Assembly (NCBI GenBank): GCA_051892935.1
Contig: JBJFGS010000005.1
Location: 1 to 26,303, forward strand
Origin: Candidatus Coprovivens sp.
Lineage (GTDB): Bacteria > Bacillota_I > Bacilli_A > RF39 > UBA660
Length of the DNA stretch: 26,303 nucleotides
Direction of reading: 5' to 3'
The translations under genes were made by a program, and so were the position numbers. Below, in pieces: positions 17,697 to 26,303 of this stretch (position 1 is its first letter; every line of letters begins with the position of its first letter). The notes under the pieces are model-generated. The model was given only the letters and a program-made list of their open reading frames with translations. It was not told the DNA's origin and searched no databases.

Positions 17697-18317
17697 TTAT
17701 TCTTCTTCTGTTTCAACATATCTAATTACTATATGTCTATTTGGTTCTTCACCTTCGCTTGTTGTTGATATATTTTTAAATTTTGTTAGTGCGTTGTGAA
17801 TAATTCTTCTTTCGTAAGAATTCATATTATCTAAACTAACATCAATTTTAGTTTTTTGTACTTCTTTAGCAATTCTTTTTGCTGTTTTTTCTAAGTTGCT
17901 AATTTTCTTTTCTTTATAATTTTCAACATCTAATAATATATAAGGATATATTCCAATCTCGTTATGAACCATTTGTCTTAATATTGTTTGTATTGCGGTT
18001 AGTGTTTGTCCGTTTTTTCCAATTAAAATGTTATTTTTATCTGAATACATTTTAATGTTTATTTGTTCATCTCTAATACTAGTTTCTAATTGGCTTTCAA
18101 TTCCCATATTGTTTAGTAGTTCTGATAATTTAGTTTTTAAGTATTCAGCAATATCTGAAATTTTTATGATGCTACATTTATAAGTTGTTGCTTTAAATAG
18201 TTTTCCCTTTATTTCTTCTTCTTTGAAAAAGACTTCATTTTCATTAACATTTAATGATGTTAATGCTTTTTCTTTAGCTTCTTCTTTAGTTTTTCCTTCA
18301 AATACTTCTAACTTCAT
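17697..18317 (-). CDS. jag: Jag/EloR/KhpB RNA-binding protein (Jag-N, KH, R3H)
   Basis: FEGKT.EEA, LIGKNGQTL, MNSYERRIIH, SEGEEPNR. Confidence 0.95.
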   Translation of the reverse strand: MKLEVFEGKTKEEAKEKALTSLNVNENEVFFKEEEIKGKLFKATTYKCSIIKISDIAEYLKTKLSELLNNMGIESQLETSIRDEQINIKMYSDKNNILIGKNGQTLTAIQTILRQMVHNEIGIYPYILLDVENYKEKKISNLEKTAKRIAKEVQKTKIDVSLDNMNSYERRIIHNALTKFKNISTTSEGEEPNRHIVIRYVETEEE

Positions 18318-18318
18318 C

Positions 18319-19260
18319 TTAAATCCTCTTTTCAATTATTTTCTTTATTATAACATTTTGAATAACAGCAAATAGGTTTGTTACTATCCAATATAAGGCT
18401 ATGGCTGTTGGTAAACTCAATGATGCAAACGATACCATGACAATCATAAATATAAACATATATTTCATTTGTTGAGCCATTTCTGGTGGTTGATTCTGAT
18501 TATTTCCCATTGAGTTTTTGAATGATAAGAATGTTGATAAAATAATTAGCACTATTAGGATAAGATATATATAATTATGTTGTGATATTCCTGTAGTTGG
18601 TGTCATTCCTAAATTCATTCCTAGGAATGTTCCTTCAAAAATGGCTGGTACTCTATTAATTGCTTCTAAGAATGCAAAGAATAATGGAAGTTGAATAAAT
18701 GCTCCTAAACATCCTCCTACTGGATTAATATGATACTTTTTATATACCATCATAGTTTCTTGACTTTTCATCATTAGTGAATCATTGTCTGTTTTATCTT
18801 TGTATTTTCTTTCAATTCTTGCTATTTCTGGTTGAGCTTTTTTCATATTTTCTGATTGTCTAACTGTTTTAATTTGAAGAGGCATCATTATTAATCTAAT
18901 TATTAAACCAATTATAATAACTGAGATACCTATATTATTTACTAGATATCCGAGATTTAAAATAATCCAAGCAAGTGGTTTGATAAATATTGTTTCCCAA
19001 AGACCTTTATATTTTATTTTATTTGGTGTAAATTCCTTACAAGTTGGTAATTCTTCTAATTTTACTTCTAATTTATCATTATACTTTTCATATGTTTCGT
19101 ACAATTGCTCATTTTCTGGTTTACATAAGATATTTGATGTCAAAGTCTGACCAGTTTCCTTATTAGTTACAACTTCCTTACCATCTTTAAGTTGACTGGT
19201 ACAACCAGTACATAAAATAAATAGCAAGATAATTATCAACAATTTTGTTTTTTTCTTCAC
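18319..19260 (-). CDS. yidC: Membrane protein insertase YidC/SpoIIIJ (lipoprotein)
   Basis: Lipobox LCTGC, IRLIMMPL, NPVGGCL, QLP, LYW. GTG start with AGGTGA RBS. Confidence 0.95.
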   Translation of the reverse strand: MKKKTKLLIIILLFILCTGCTSQLKDGKEVVTNKETGQTLTSNILCKPENEQLYETYEKYNDKLEVKLEELPTCKEFTPNKIKYKGLWETIFIKPLAWIILNLGYLVNNIGISVIIIGLIIRLIMMPLQIKTVRQSENMKKAQPEIARIERKYKDKTDNDSLMMKSQETMMVYKKYHINPVGGCLGAFIQLPLFFAFLEAINRVPAIFEGTFLGMNLGMTPTTGISQHNYIYLILIVLIILSTFLSFKNSMGNNQNQPPEMAQQMKYMFIFMIVMVSFASLSLPTAIALYWIVTNLFAVIQNVIIKKIIEKRI

Positions 19261-19270
19261 GTTATCACCT

Positions 19271-19591
19271 TTATTTTTCTAATAATTCTACTAGAGCTTT
19301 TTCTAATACTTTAAATTCAGTATTTGCACAGCTCTTTCTAATCATTATAATATAATTATGACTATTTTTAAATAAATTTCTGTGATTATCTATTATGAAT
19401 CTTGTTTGTCTTTTTAATTTATTTCTTATTACAGCTTTTCCTACTTTTTTACTGATAGCAATACCATACATTGGATTAAGATTCTCTTTTAACGTTGTAT
19501 ATATAACAAAATAGTTGTTTTTCTTATACTTACCATTTCTTATAATATTATTAAAAACTTTTTGATCTTTTATGGTTTCTATTCTTTTCAT
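19271..19591 (-). CDS. rnpA: Ribonuclease P protein component
   Basis: GIAISKKVGKAVIRNKLKR. Confidence 0.95.
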   Translation of the reverse strand: MKRIETIKDQKVFNNIIRNGKYKKNNYFVIYTTLKENLNPMYGIAISKKVGKAVIRNKLKRQTRFIIDNHRNLFKNSHNYIIMIRKSCANTEFKVLEKALVELLEK

Positions 19592-19616
19592 TCTAGTCAT
19601 CCCTTTTTTAATACAT

Positions 19617-19640
19617 AAAAAACCACTTAGTGAAGTGGCT
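19617..19640 (-). terminator. Terminator/attenuator hairpin after rpmH
   Basis: AGCCACTT-cact-AAGTGGTT plus T-run. Confidence 0.65.
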
Positions 19641-19765
19641 TATTTTACAACTATTCTTTTACGTCCTTTTTTTCTTCTAGAGTTTAGAACATTACTTTCT
19701 TTTCTTGCGAAAAAACCGTGTTTTTTTGCTCTTTTTCTATTGTTTGGTTGATAAGTTCTTTTCAT
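19640..19765 (-). CDS. rpmH: 50S ribosomal protein L34 (41 aa; not in ORF track)
   Basis: Manual translation [41 protein letters not shown]; RBS GGAGGTG. Confidence 0.96.
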   Translation of the reverse strand: MKRTYQPNNRKRAKKHGFFARKESNVLNSRRKKGRKRIVVK

Positions 19766-19798
19766 ATAATACACCTCCACATCTAAATAAGCTCCCTT

Positions 19799-19828
19799 AT
19801 TATAAACTTATGATTTAAAAAATGTCAA
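19799..19828 (-). promoter_or_regulatory. sigma-A promoter of rpmH operon
   Basis: TTGACA (19828-19823)-18-TATAAT (19804-19799). Confidence 0.7.
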
Positions 19829-19836
19829 GAATTATC

Positions 19837-20046
19837 TTATAAACAATACATTTATTCCTTAATTTAAAGTTATCGACAAAATGCTGTGGATATGTGGATA
19901 ACTTTTTGCACATGTCAATATAAAAATTGTTGATAGTGTTGATAAAATATGAAATGTCAGTATTTATAAGAGATGAATTGTTACTAATTTTGTTTATAAT
20001 TTGTTTATAACTAATTTTTTTAAATTAATTCTTTTATTTTTCCACA
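19837..20046. other. oriC part 1: DnaA-box cluster upstream of dnaA
   Basis: Consensus TGTGGATAA 19893-19901 and TTTTCCACA 20038-46. Near-consensus boxes at 19837, 19870, 19885, 19928, 19937, 19991 and 20002. Coding strand switches here. Confidence 0.9.
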
Positions 20047-20087
20047 GCATGAGTTAAAATATTTGTACATAAATGGTTTGAAGTGGG

Positions 20088-21464
20088 GTGATGGAATTGA
20101 ATTTTGATGATATTTGGATAAAAGTTCTTGAAATTATAAAAAAAGAACTTAATCCAGTATCTTTTAGTACATGGTTTTCAGATACCAAGATTCATAATAT
20201 AACTGATAGTAAAGTATATTTGTTAGTTCCTATGCCTTTACACAAAAGAATGTTTCTATCAAATTATTACGATATAATTACTGATTCTTTTACAAATGTT
20301 TTAGGAGAAGAAAAGGATATAGAATGTCTATTAGAGGAAGAAATTAATGCACCTATTGAAAAAATGGTAGCACAAGTTGTTGATAATCCTGATGTTATTC
20401 ACAAAACTTCAAACTTAAAATTTGATAGTAATTTAAATAAATCTTTAAATTTTGATAATTTTGTTGTTGGTGATACAAATAAATTTGCAAGAACTGCTGC
20501 ATTAGCAGTGGCTCAAAATCCAGGAGTTCAATATAACCCTTTATTTATATATGGAAAGAGTGGATTGGGTAAAACTCACCTAATGCATGCAATTGGAAAT
20601 TATATTACAGAGAATAATAAAGACTTAAAAGTTTTATATACTACTAGTGATGATTTTAGGAAAGACTATACAGGTATAGTCAATAACGCTGATAATTCTT
20701 TAGATTATGCTAATGATTTTAAGAATAAATATAGAAATATTGATGTTTTAATTATTGATGATATTCAATACTTGGTTGGAGCTGAAAAAACTCAAGAAGA
20801 ATTTTTTCATACTTTTAATGACTTACATGGGAGAAATAAGCAAATAATAATTAGTTCTGATAGGTCTCCAGAAGATTTAAAATTACTGGAAGAAAGACTT
20901 AGGAGTCGATTTGCATGGGGACTACCAGTGGATATTTATCCACCTGATTTTGATTTGAGATGTCGAATAATAAAAGATAAAATAAAGAAACTTACTATTG
21001 CTGATAAAATGACAGATGAAGCTGTTGATTTTATAGCAAATAATTGTGATACTGATGTTCGAAGTTTGGAAGGAGCTATAAATAGATTAGTTGCTTATAC
21101 TGCTATGATTGTTCCAGAAAAAATAGATTTAGAATTTGTAAACGAAGCTTTAAAAGATTACATAACAAAAAATCCTTATATTACAAACGATATAGTTAGT
21201 ATTCAAAAAGCTGTTGCTGATTATTATAAATTGACTGTGGAAGTACTAAAAGGTAAGAAAAGAAGTGCTAATATTGTTTATCCAAGAATGGTAGCTATGT
21301 ATCTTTGTAGAATGCTTACTGACCAATCTTTTCCAAGAATAGGATTAGAATTTGGTGGTAGGGATCATTCAACTGTTATTCATGCTGTTGATAAAATAGA
21401 AGAAGATTTAAAAAGTAATAGTCAATTAAAAGAAATTATTAATGAAATAAAGAGTAAATTGTAA
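20088..21464 (+). CDS. dnaA: Chromosomal replication initiator
   Basis: NPLFIYGKSGLGKTHL, IDDIQ, RLRSRF, FGGRDHSTVIHA. Confidence 0.99.
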   Translation: MMELNFDDIWIKVLEIIKKELNPVSFSTWFSDTKIHNITDSKVYLLVPMPLHKRMFLSNYYDIITDSFTNVLGEEKDIECLLEEEINAPIEKMVAQVVDNPDVIHKTSNLKFDSNLNKSLNFDNFVVGDTNKFARTAALAVAQNPGVQYNPLFIYGKSGLGKTHLMHAIGNYITENNKDLKVLYTTSDDFRKDYTGIVNNADNSLDYANDFKNKYRNIDVLIIDDIQYLVGAEKTQEEFFHTFNDLHGRNKQIIISSDRSPEDLKLLEERLRSRFAWGLPVDIYPPDFDLRCRIIKDKIKKLTIADKMTDEAVDFIANNCDTDVRSLEGAINRLVAYTAMIVPEKIDLEFVNEALKDYITKNPYITNDIVSIQKAVADYYKLTVEVLKGKKRSANIVYPRMVAMYLCRMLTDQSFPRIGLEFGGRDHSTVIHAVDKIEEDLKSNSQLKEIINEIKSKL

Positions 21465-21600
21465 TACTGTGAATAAAATGTTAGTAATTTTTGATTTATC
21501 CACATATAAAAAAAGATAAAATCTCAGTAAATTGTTGAAAAAATTGTACTTATCAACATTATCCACACTATAATAATAATAATAATTTAATAATAAAAGA
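21465..21600. other. oriC part 2: DnaA boxes, DnaA-trio-like repeat and AT-rich unwinding element
   Basis: TGTGAATAA 21468-76, TTATCCACA 21496-504, tandem TTATCAACA/TTATCCACA 21550-67, followed immediately by CTA(TAA)5 and an AT-only tract. Confidence 0.9.
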
Positions 21601-21615
21601 AAGAAGGAATGAAAA

Positions 21616-22734
21616 ATGAAATTTACAATTGGAAAAAATTTATTATTAGAAAATTTGTCAAATGTAGTAAAAGCTATTTCGACAAAAAATATAATTCCTA
21701 TATTAAATGGTGTTAAATTTGAATTAAATGAAGAAGGTTTATTTTTAACTGCAAGTGATAGTGAATTAACTATTAGAGCTTTTATTGAAAAGAAGGATAT
21801 AACAAATGTTGAAGAAACTGGTTCTATTATCATTCAAAGTAAATATATATTGGATATTATAAGAAAAATGCCTTCTGATTTAATTAATTTTGAATTAATG
21901 GATGGTTTAAAAATTAAAATTTATTCTGATAATTCTCAATATGATTTAAATTGTTTAGATCCTAAAGAGTATCCTAGTTTAAAACTAGAAGAAGTAGAAA
22001 AACCAGTTATAGTAGATGGAAATACTTTTAAAACTATTATAAGTCAAACAGCATTTGCAATTTCTACTCAAGAATTGAGACCTTTGCTTACAGGACTTAA
22101 TTTTAAAATAGTTGGTGATGTTTTTGAATGTATAGCTACAGATTCTTATAGGTTAGCTAAAAAGAATATAAAATTAAATGTTCCTTCAGAAGAAGAAATA
22201 AATATCGTTATTCCTGGTAAAAATATTATGGAATTAGATAAGATTATTCAAGATGAAGAAAATGTTGAAATGCATGTATTCAGTAACAAAGTTTTATTTA
22301 AATATAAAAATATTATATTTCAAAGTAATTTATTATCTGGAACATATCCTAATACTTCAAATTTAATACCTAATGATTTTGCTATAATTGTAAACACTAA
22401 CTTAAATAATTATTTTAGTGCTATTGATAGAGCAGCATTATTAACTCAGAGTAAAGATAAAAACATTGTAAAAATGAAAATAAAAAATAGTCAAATGATT
22501 ATTAATTCATATGCTTCAGAAATAGGTAAGGTTGAAGAAAAATTAGATGTTGAAACTCAATCTGATGCAAATATTGATATTTCATTTAGCGCTAAATATA
22601 TGTTAGATGCTTTAAAAACTATGAAAGATGAAGAAATATTAATATTACTTAATGGTGAGGTAAAACCTATTGTTATAAAGTCTATGAACGATGAATCTTT
22701 AATTCAGTTGATTTTACCAATTAAAACTTATTAA
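21616..22734 (+). CDS. dnaN: DNA polymerase III beta clamp
   Basis: IPILNG, RPLLTG, ATDSYRLA, C-terminal LILPIKTY. Confidence 0.98.
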   Translation: MKFTIGKNLLLENLSNVVKAISTKNIIPILNGVKFELNEEGLFLTASDSELTIRAFIEKKDITNVEETGSIIIQSKYILDIIRKMPSDLINFELMDGLKIKIYSDNSQYDLNCLDPKEYPSLKLEEVEKPVIVDGNTFKTIISQTAFAISTQELRPLLTGLNFKIVGDVFECIATDSYRLAKKNIKLNVPSEEEINIVIPGKNIMELDKIIQDEENVEMHVFSNKVLFKYKNIIFQSNLLSGTYPNTSNLIPNDFAIIVNTNLNNYFSAIDRAALLTQSKDKNIVKMKIKNSQMIINSYASEIGKVEEKLDVETQSDANIDISFSAKYMLDALKTMKDEEILILLNGEVKPIVIKSMNDESLIQLILPIKTY

Positions 22735-22746
22735 TTATATAAAATG

Positions 22747-22780
22747 GATTGCTTAATTTGATTAAGTAATCTTTTTTTTT
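22747..22780 (+). terminator. Intrinsic terminator after dnaN
   Basis: GATTGCTTAAT-ttg-ATTAAGTAATC plus T9. Confidence 0.8.
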
Positions 22781-22806
22781 ACAAAAAAATTAAAAATATT
22801 ATAAAA

Positions 22807-22833
22807 TTCGACATTTTTAGAAATTTTTCGACA
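22807..22833. promoter_or_regulatory. Two Spo0A-box consensus sites upstream of comK
   Basis: TTCGACA (reverse complement TGTCGAA) at 22807-13 and 22827-33, direct repeat with a 20-bp period. Confidence 0.55.
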
Positions 22834-22883
22834 AATACTTGGTATATAAGGTTGGTAAATTTTGGAAAGAGGGAGGTTTTATA

Positions 22884-23336
22884 ATGGATTCTTATGAAAT
22901 AAATGAGGATACGGTTGCATTAATTCCAAAAGATGAAAACAATACTATTGTATATGAAGTTGATAACTCGTTTGTTATCAACAAACCAGCGTTGAAAATA
23001 GTAGAGGAGAGCTGTGAATATTTTGGTAGTTCATTAGAGGGAAGACAAGTTGGTACTTCTAAATTAGTTGGATTTACTCATAAAGTTCCTGTTATAATAG
23101 CAGAGAGCTTTGATATAATATTTTTTCCAACATTATCACCAAAAAATGAAATGTGTGCATGGTTAGCTTATAATCATATTCATATGCCTGATAAATTTAA
23201 AGATAAAACTATTATTCAATTAAAAAATGGTAAAAAAATATTAGTAAATGTATCAACAGCAATTATTCATAATCAATTATATAGGTGTTCAAGATTAAAA
23301 GATACATTATTCTTAAGAAAAAATAGTAAAAAATAA
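22884..23336 (+). CDS. comK: ComK-family transcription factor (150 aa)
   Basis: YEINEDT.ALIP, IVEESCEYFGSSLEGR..G, THKVPVII, FFPTLSP.N..CAW. RBS GGGAGGT before ATG 22884. Confidence 0.9.
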   Translation: MDSYEINEDTVALIPKDENNTIVYEVDNSFVINKPALKIVEESCEYFGSSLEGRQVGTSKLVGFTHKVPVIIAESFDIIFFPTLSPKNEMCAWLAYNHIHMPDKFKDKTIIQLKNGKKILVNVSTAIIHNQLYRCSRLKDTLFLRKNSKK

Positions 23337-23338
23337 TG

Positions 23339-23364
23339 AAAAAGCTACTTTTAGTAGCTTTTTT
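23339..23364 (+). terminator. Intrinsic terminator after comK, followed by extended -10 (TGTTATAAT, -10 at 23369-74) for recF
   Basis: AAAAAGCTACT-ttt-AGTAGCTTTTTT. Confidence 0.8.
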
Positions 23365-23441
23365 GTGTTATAATTAATTCGAGGTATAGGAGTACTCAAA
23401 AAACACTTTTTTTTAATAATGGTCGTAAAAGAGGCTAAAAA

Positions 23442-24548
23442 ATGAAAATACAGCATTTGAAATTATTGAATTTTAGAAATTATGAAAAATTGGAAATTAG
23501 TTTTTCTTCAAATTATAATATTATATATGGTAATAATGGTACTGGAAAAACTAATTTAGTAGAGAGTATTTATGTATTAGCTTTAACTAAATCTTTCAGG
23601 GGAACTGTTGATAAGATATTAATTATGAACAGTAAGGAAGTTTGTCGAGTTGAAGGGGAAGTTTCGGATAAGTACACAAATAAATATAAGTTAATAATTA
23701 AAGATGGTGGAAAAAAAGTAAAGATAAATAATACTAAAGTTGATAAATTAAGTGATTATATTTCACAAATTAGTGTTGTACTCTTTAATCCTGATGATTT
23801 AAGATTTATTAAAGATTCTCCGACAGTTAGAAGAAAGTCAATTAATTTAGAGATATCACAGATTAATAATGCTTATTTAAAAAATTTAAATATGTATAAT
23901 AAACTATTGAAACAAAGAAATTCATATTTAAAAACGACTAATATTAATGCTAATTCATCTAGTGATTATTTAAATATTCTTACAAATAAGTTAATTGATT
24001 ATGGAGAAAAAATCTATAATTCTAGAAAAAAATATATTGATTTATTAAATAGTAGGATAGGTGATATTTACAATAGTATTTGTGGTATTTCAGATTTAAA
24101 ATTAGAATATATATCTGATTATAAGAATTTTGATAGAGATAAAGTTTCACAAAAATATGTAGATACTTTAAATAGAGATATTATTCTTGGAAAAACTTCT
24201 ATTGGAGTTCATCATGATGATGTTAGATTTAAATTAGAGGGATATAATATTAAAGATTATGGATCTGAAGGACAACAGAAAAATGCTATTATAGCCTATA
24301 AATTGACTGAATTAGAGATTTTTTATCAAATTAGGGGTAATTATCCTATTTTAATATTAGATGACTTATTTAGCGAATTAGATAAGTTTAAAATCAATAA
24401 TATTTTAAAATTAATTAATAAAGATATTCAAACTTTTATAACTACTACTGAAATAGATAAGATTAATGAAGATATCTTATATAATAGTAAATTGTTTGAG
24501 GTAGTAGAGGGGTATGTAAGGGAGGTAAATTATGAAAGAAGAATATAA
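23442..24548 (+). CDS. recF: DNA replication/repair protein RecF
   Basis: [38 protein letters not shown]. Confidence 0.97.
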   Translation: MKIQHLKLLNFRNYEKLEISFSSNYNIIYGNNGTGKTNLVESIYVLALTKSFRGTVDKILIMNSKEVCRVEGEVSDKYTNKYKLIIKDGGKKVKINNTKVDKLSDYISQISVVLFNPDDLRFIKDSPTVRRKSINLEISQINNAYLKNLNMYNKLLKQRNSYLKTTNINANSSSDYLNILTNKLIDYGEKIYNSRKKYIDLLNSRIGDIYNSICGISDLKLEYISDYKNFDRDKVSQKYVDTLNRDIILGKTSIGVHHDDVRFKLEGYNIKDYGSEGQQKNAIIAYKLTELEIFYQIRGNYPILILDDLFSELDKFKINNILKLINKDIQTFITTTEIDKINEDILYNSKLFEVVEGYVREVNYERRI

Positions 24549-26303
24549 TGATAGTGATATTCAAGTTTTAGAAGGATTAGAAGCTGTTAGAAAACGTCCT
24601 GGAATGTATATTGGTACAACTAGTGAGAGAGGATTACATCATCTTGTTTGGGAAATAGTTGATAACGCTGTAGATGAAGCTTTAGCTGGGTATTGTAATG
24701 ATATTGAGGTTATTATTGAAAAAAATAATGTTATCTCTGTAAAAGACGATGGTCGTGGAATGCCTACAGGTCGTAATGAAAAAACGGGTTTATCTACAAT
24801 TGAAACAATTTTCACAGTATTGCATGCAGGTGGAAAATTCGGTGGAGGAGGATATAAAGTATCCGGAGGATTACATGGAGTAGGTGCATCTGTTGTTAAT
24901 GCTTTATCAAGTTGGTTAGAAGTTCGTGTATATAGAAATGGAAAAGTTTATTTTCAAAGATTTGAAAATGGTGGACATCCTGTTGATGAACTAAAAATAA
25001 TAGATGAGTGTGATAAGGATAGAACAGGAACTACTGTTACTTTTGCTGCTGACCCTACAATATTTAAAGAAACAACTATATATAATTACGAAACATTAGC
25101 TACAAGACTTGAGGAATTAGCGTTTTTAAACAAAGGTTTAAGAATAATACTTAAAGATTTAAGAGAAGATGAAAAGAGTGATGTTTTCTATTATGAAGGT
25201 GGTATTATTGAATTTGTTAAAAAACTAAATTCTAATAAAAAAGTTTTACATGAAAATGTTGTTTATGTAGAAGGAAATGTTGATAATATTTCATTGGAGG
25301 TAGCTTTTCAATATAATGAAGACTATAATTCTAATTTATATTCTTTTACTAATAATATTAGTACCCATGAAGGTGGTACTCATGAAGATGGTGTTAAACG
25401 TGCTTTAACAAGAATAATTAATAATTATGCTAAAAATAATAAAATATTAAAAGATAATGATGATCCACTTACTGGTGAAGATGTTAGAGAAGGATTAACA
25501 ATGATAATTTCTTGTAAGCATCCAGATCCACAATTTGAAGGTCAAACGAAAACTAAGTTAGGTAATGCGGAAGTAAGAAAAATTGCTGATGATATATTTA
25601 GTGAGGGATTAGAGAGATTTTTACTTGAGAATCCTGATGAAGCTAGAATAATTTTAGATAAATCGATGACAGCTTCAAAAGCTAGACTTGCTGCAAAAAA
25701 AGCTAGAGAGCTTACTCGTCGAAAGGGCGATTTAGATGTTACTAATTTTTATGGTAAATTGTCTGATTGTAAGAGTAAAGATCCTTCTGAATGTGAAATA
25801 TTCTTAGTCGAGGGAGATTCAGCTGGAGGTTCTGCCATTAAAGGTAGAAATAGTATGACTCAAGCAATTCTTCCTTTGAGAGGTAAAATATTAAATGTTG
25901 AAAAAGCAAGGTTAGATAGAGCACTAAGTAATGAAGAAATTAGAACAATTATTACGGCATTTGGTACTGGTATTGGTGATGATTTTGATTTATCTAAATT
26001 AAGATATAATAAAATTATTATAATGACAGATGCCGATGTTGATGGTGCACATATTAGAGTATTATTATTAACATTATTTTATCGTTTCTTTAAACCGATT
26101 GTAGAAGCTGGACATGTATATGCTGCTCAGCCTCCATTATTTTGTATCAAGCATGGACAGACTATTAAGTATGTACTTGATGAAAAAGAAAGAGATGAAT
26201 ATTTAGCAACTTTAAAACCTGAGACTAAGAGGGATATCTTAAGAATGAAAGGTTTAGGAGAAATGGATGCTGAAGAATTAAATGAAACAACTATGGATAT
26301 TGA
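24532..26303 (+). CDS. gyrB: DNA gyrase subunit B (truncated by window end; not in ORF track)
   Basis: [28 protein letters not shown]…LHAGGKF…EGDSAGG…PLRGKILN…MTDADVDG…KGLGEM. RBS GGAGGT; overlaps the recF end by 17 bp. Confidence 0.97.
   Translation, partial: MKEEYNDSDIQVLEGLEAVRKRPGMYIGTTSERGLHHLVWEIVDNAVDEALAGYCNDIEVIIEKNNVISVKDDGRGMPTGRNEKTGLSTIETIFTVLHAGGKFGGGGYKVSGGLHGVGASVVNALSSWLEVRVYRNGKVYFQRFENGGHPVDELKIIDECDKDRTGTTVTFAADPTIFKETTIYNYETLATRLEELAFLNKGLRIILKDLREDEKSDVFYYEGGIIEFVKKLNSNKKVLHENVVYVEGNVDNISLEVAFQYNEDYNSNLYSFTNNISTHEGGTHEDGVKRALTRIINNYAKNNKILKDNDDPLTGEDVREGLTMIISCKHPDPQFEGQTKTKLGNAEVRKIADDIFSEGLERFLLENPDEARIILDKSMTASKARLAAKKARELTRRKGDLDVTNFYGKLSDCKSKDPSECEIFLVEGDSAGGSAIKGRNSMTQAILPLRGKILNVEKARLDRALSNEEIRTIITAFGTGIGDDFDLSKLRYNKIIIMTDADVDGAHIRVLLLTLFYRFFKPIVEAGHVYAAQPPLFCIKHGQTIKYVLDEKERDEYLATLKPETKRDILRMKGLGEMDAEELNETTMDI

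Noticed and set aside
2523-17799. Short plus-strand ORFs (2523, 3910, 4270, 6675, 7028, 7404, 7907, 9394, 13649, 13979, 16872, 17067, 17596)
   Set aside because: Antisense shadows of well-supported minus-strand genes. The Ser-rich 7404 ORF mirrors the acidic RpoE tail.
20088-21464. Arg-codon reassignment (e.g. AGG to Met), reported in some uncultured Bacilli
   Set aside because: AGG and CGA fall at conserved Arg positions in DnaA (SDRSP, RLRSRF). CGG is too rare here to judge.
21426-21833. 135-aa minus-strand ORF across oriC and dnaN; also 2071..2298 overlapping rpmE
   Set aside because: Both overlap established features and show no protein-like signal.
22781-22850. ComK K-boxes (AAAA-N5-TTTT) upstream of comK
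   Set aside because: The best match is AAAA-N7-TTTT, and AT-richness makes weak matches uninformative.
1-26303. CRISPR arrays, tRNA/rRNA genes, prophage
   Set aside because: No regularly spaced repeats, cloverleafs, rRNA motifs or phage genes seen. Intergenic spaces are otherwise accounted for.

Overview
Replication-origin region of a very AT-rich (roughly 25% GC by eye), genome-reduced Bacilli-type Firmicute. The gene style resembles uncultured RF39/UBA660-like Bacilli, which is an inference. Left arm, minus strand except pbp: rpmH-rnpA-yidC-jag-mnmE-mnmG-rsmG-noc, a convergent class A PBP, ywiB-argS, rpoE, prfA-prmC-spoIIR, murA, a large ncRNA plus oapA, rpmE, and a membrane-anchored XRE regulator coupled to a secreted-protein gene. 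Right arm, plus strand: dnaA-[oriC]-dnaN-comK-recF-gyrB (partial). The ORF track misses or splits several features. (1) A compact OLE RNA of about 467 nt (3030-3496, minus) has its own sigma-A promoter and a U-tract directly after the closing helix, and lies upstream of oapA in an atypical context. (2) An unusual Noc lacks the N-terminal membrane anchor, carries a ~245-aa low-complexity insertion, and has a perfect Noc-binding palindrome in the promoter region of its own gene cluster. (3) A short comK stands alone between dnaN and recF behind two Spo0A-box consensus sites. (4) A 250-codon gene is interrupted by one in-frame TGA, and no other gene in the window strictly needs TGA to terminate. 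(5) rpmH and gyrB are absent from the track. All homology calls come from recalled motifs; no database search was run.
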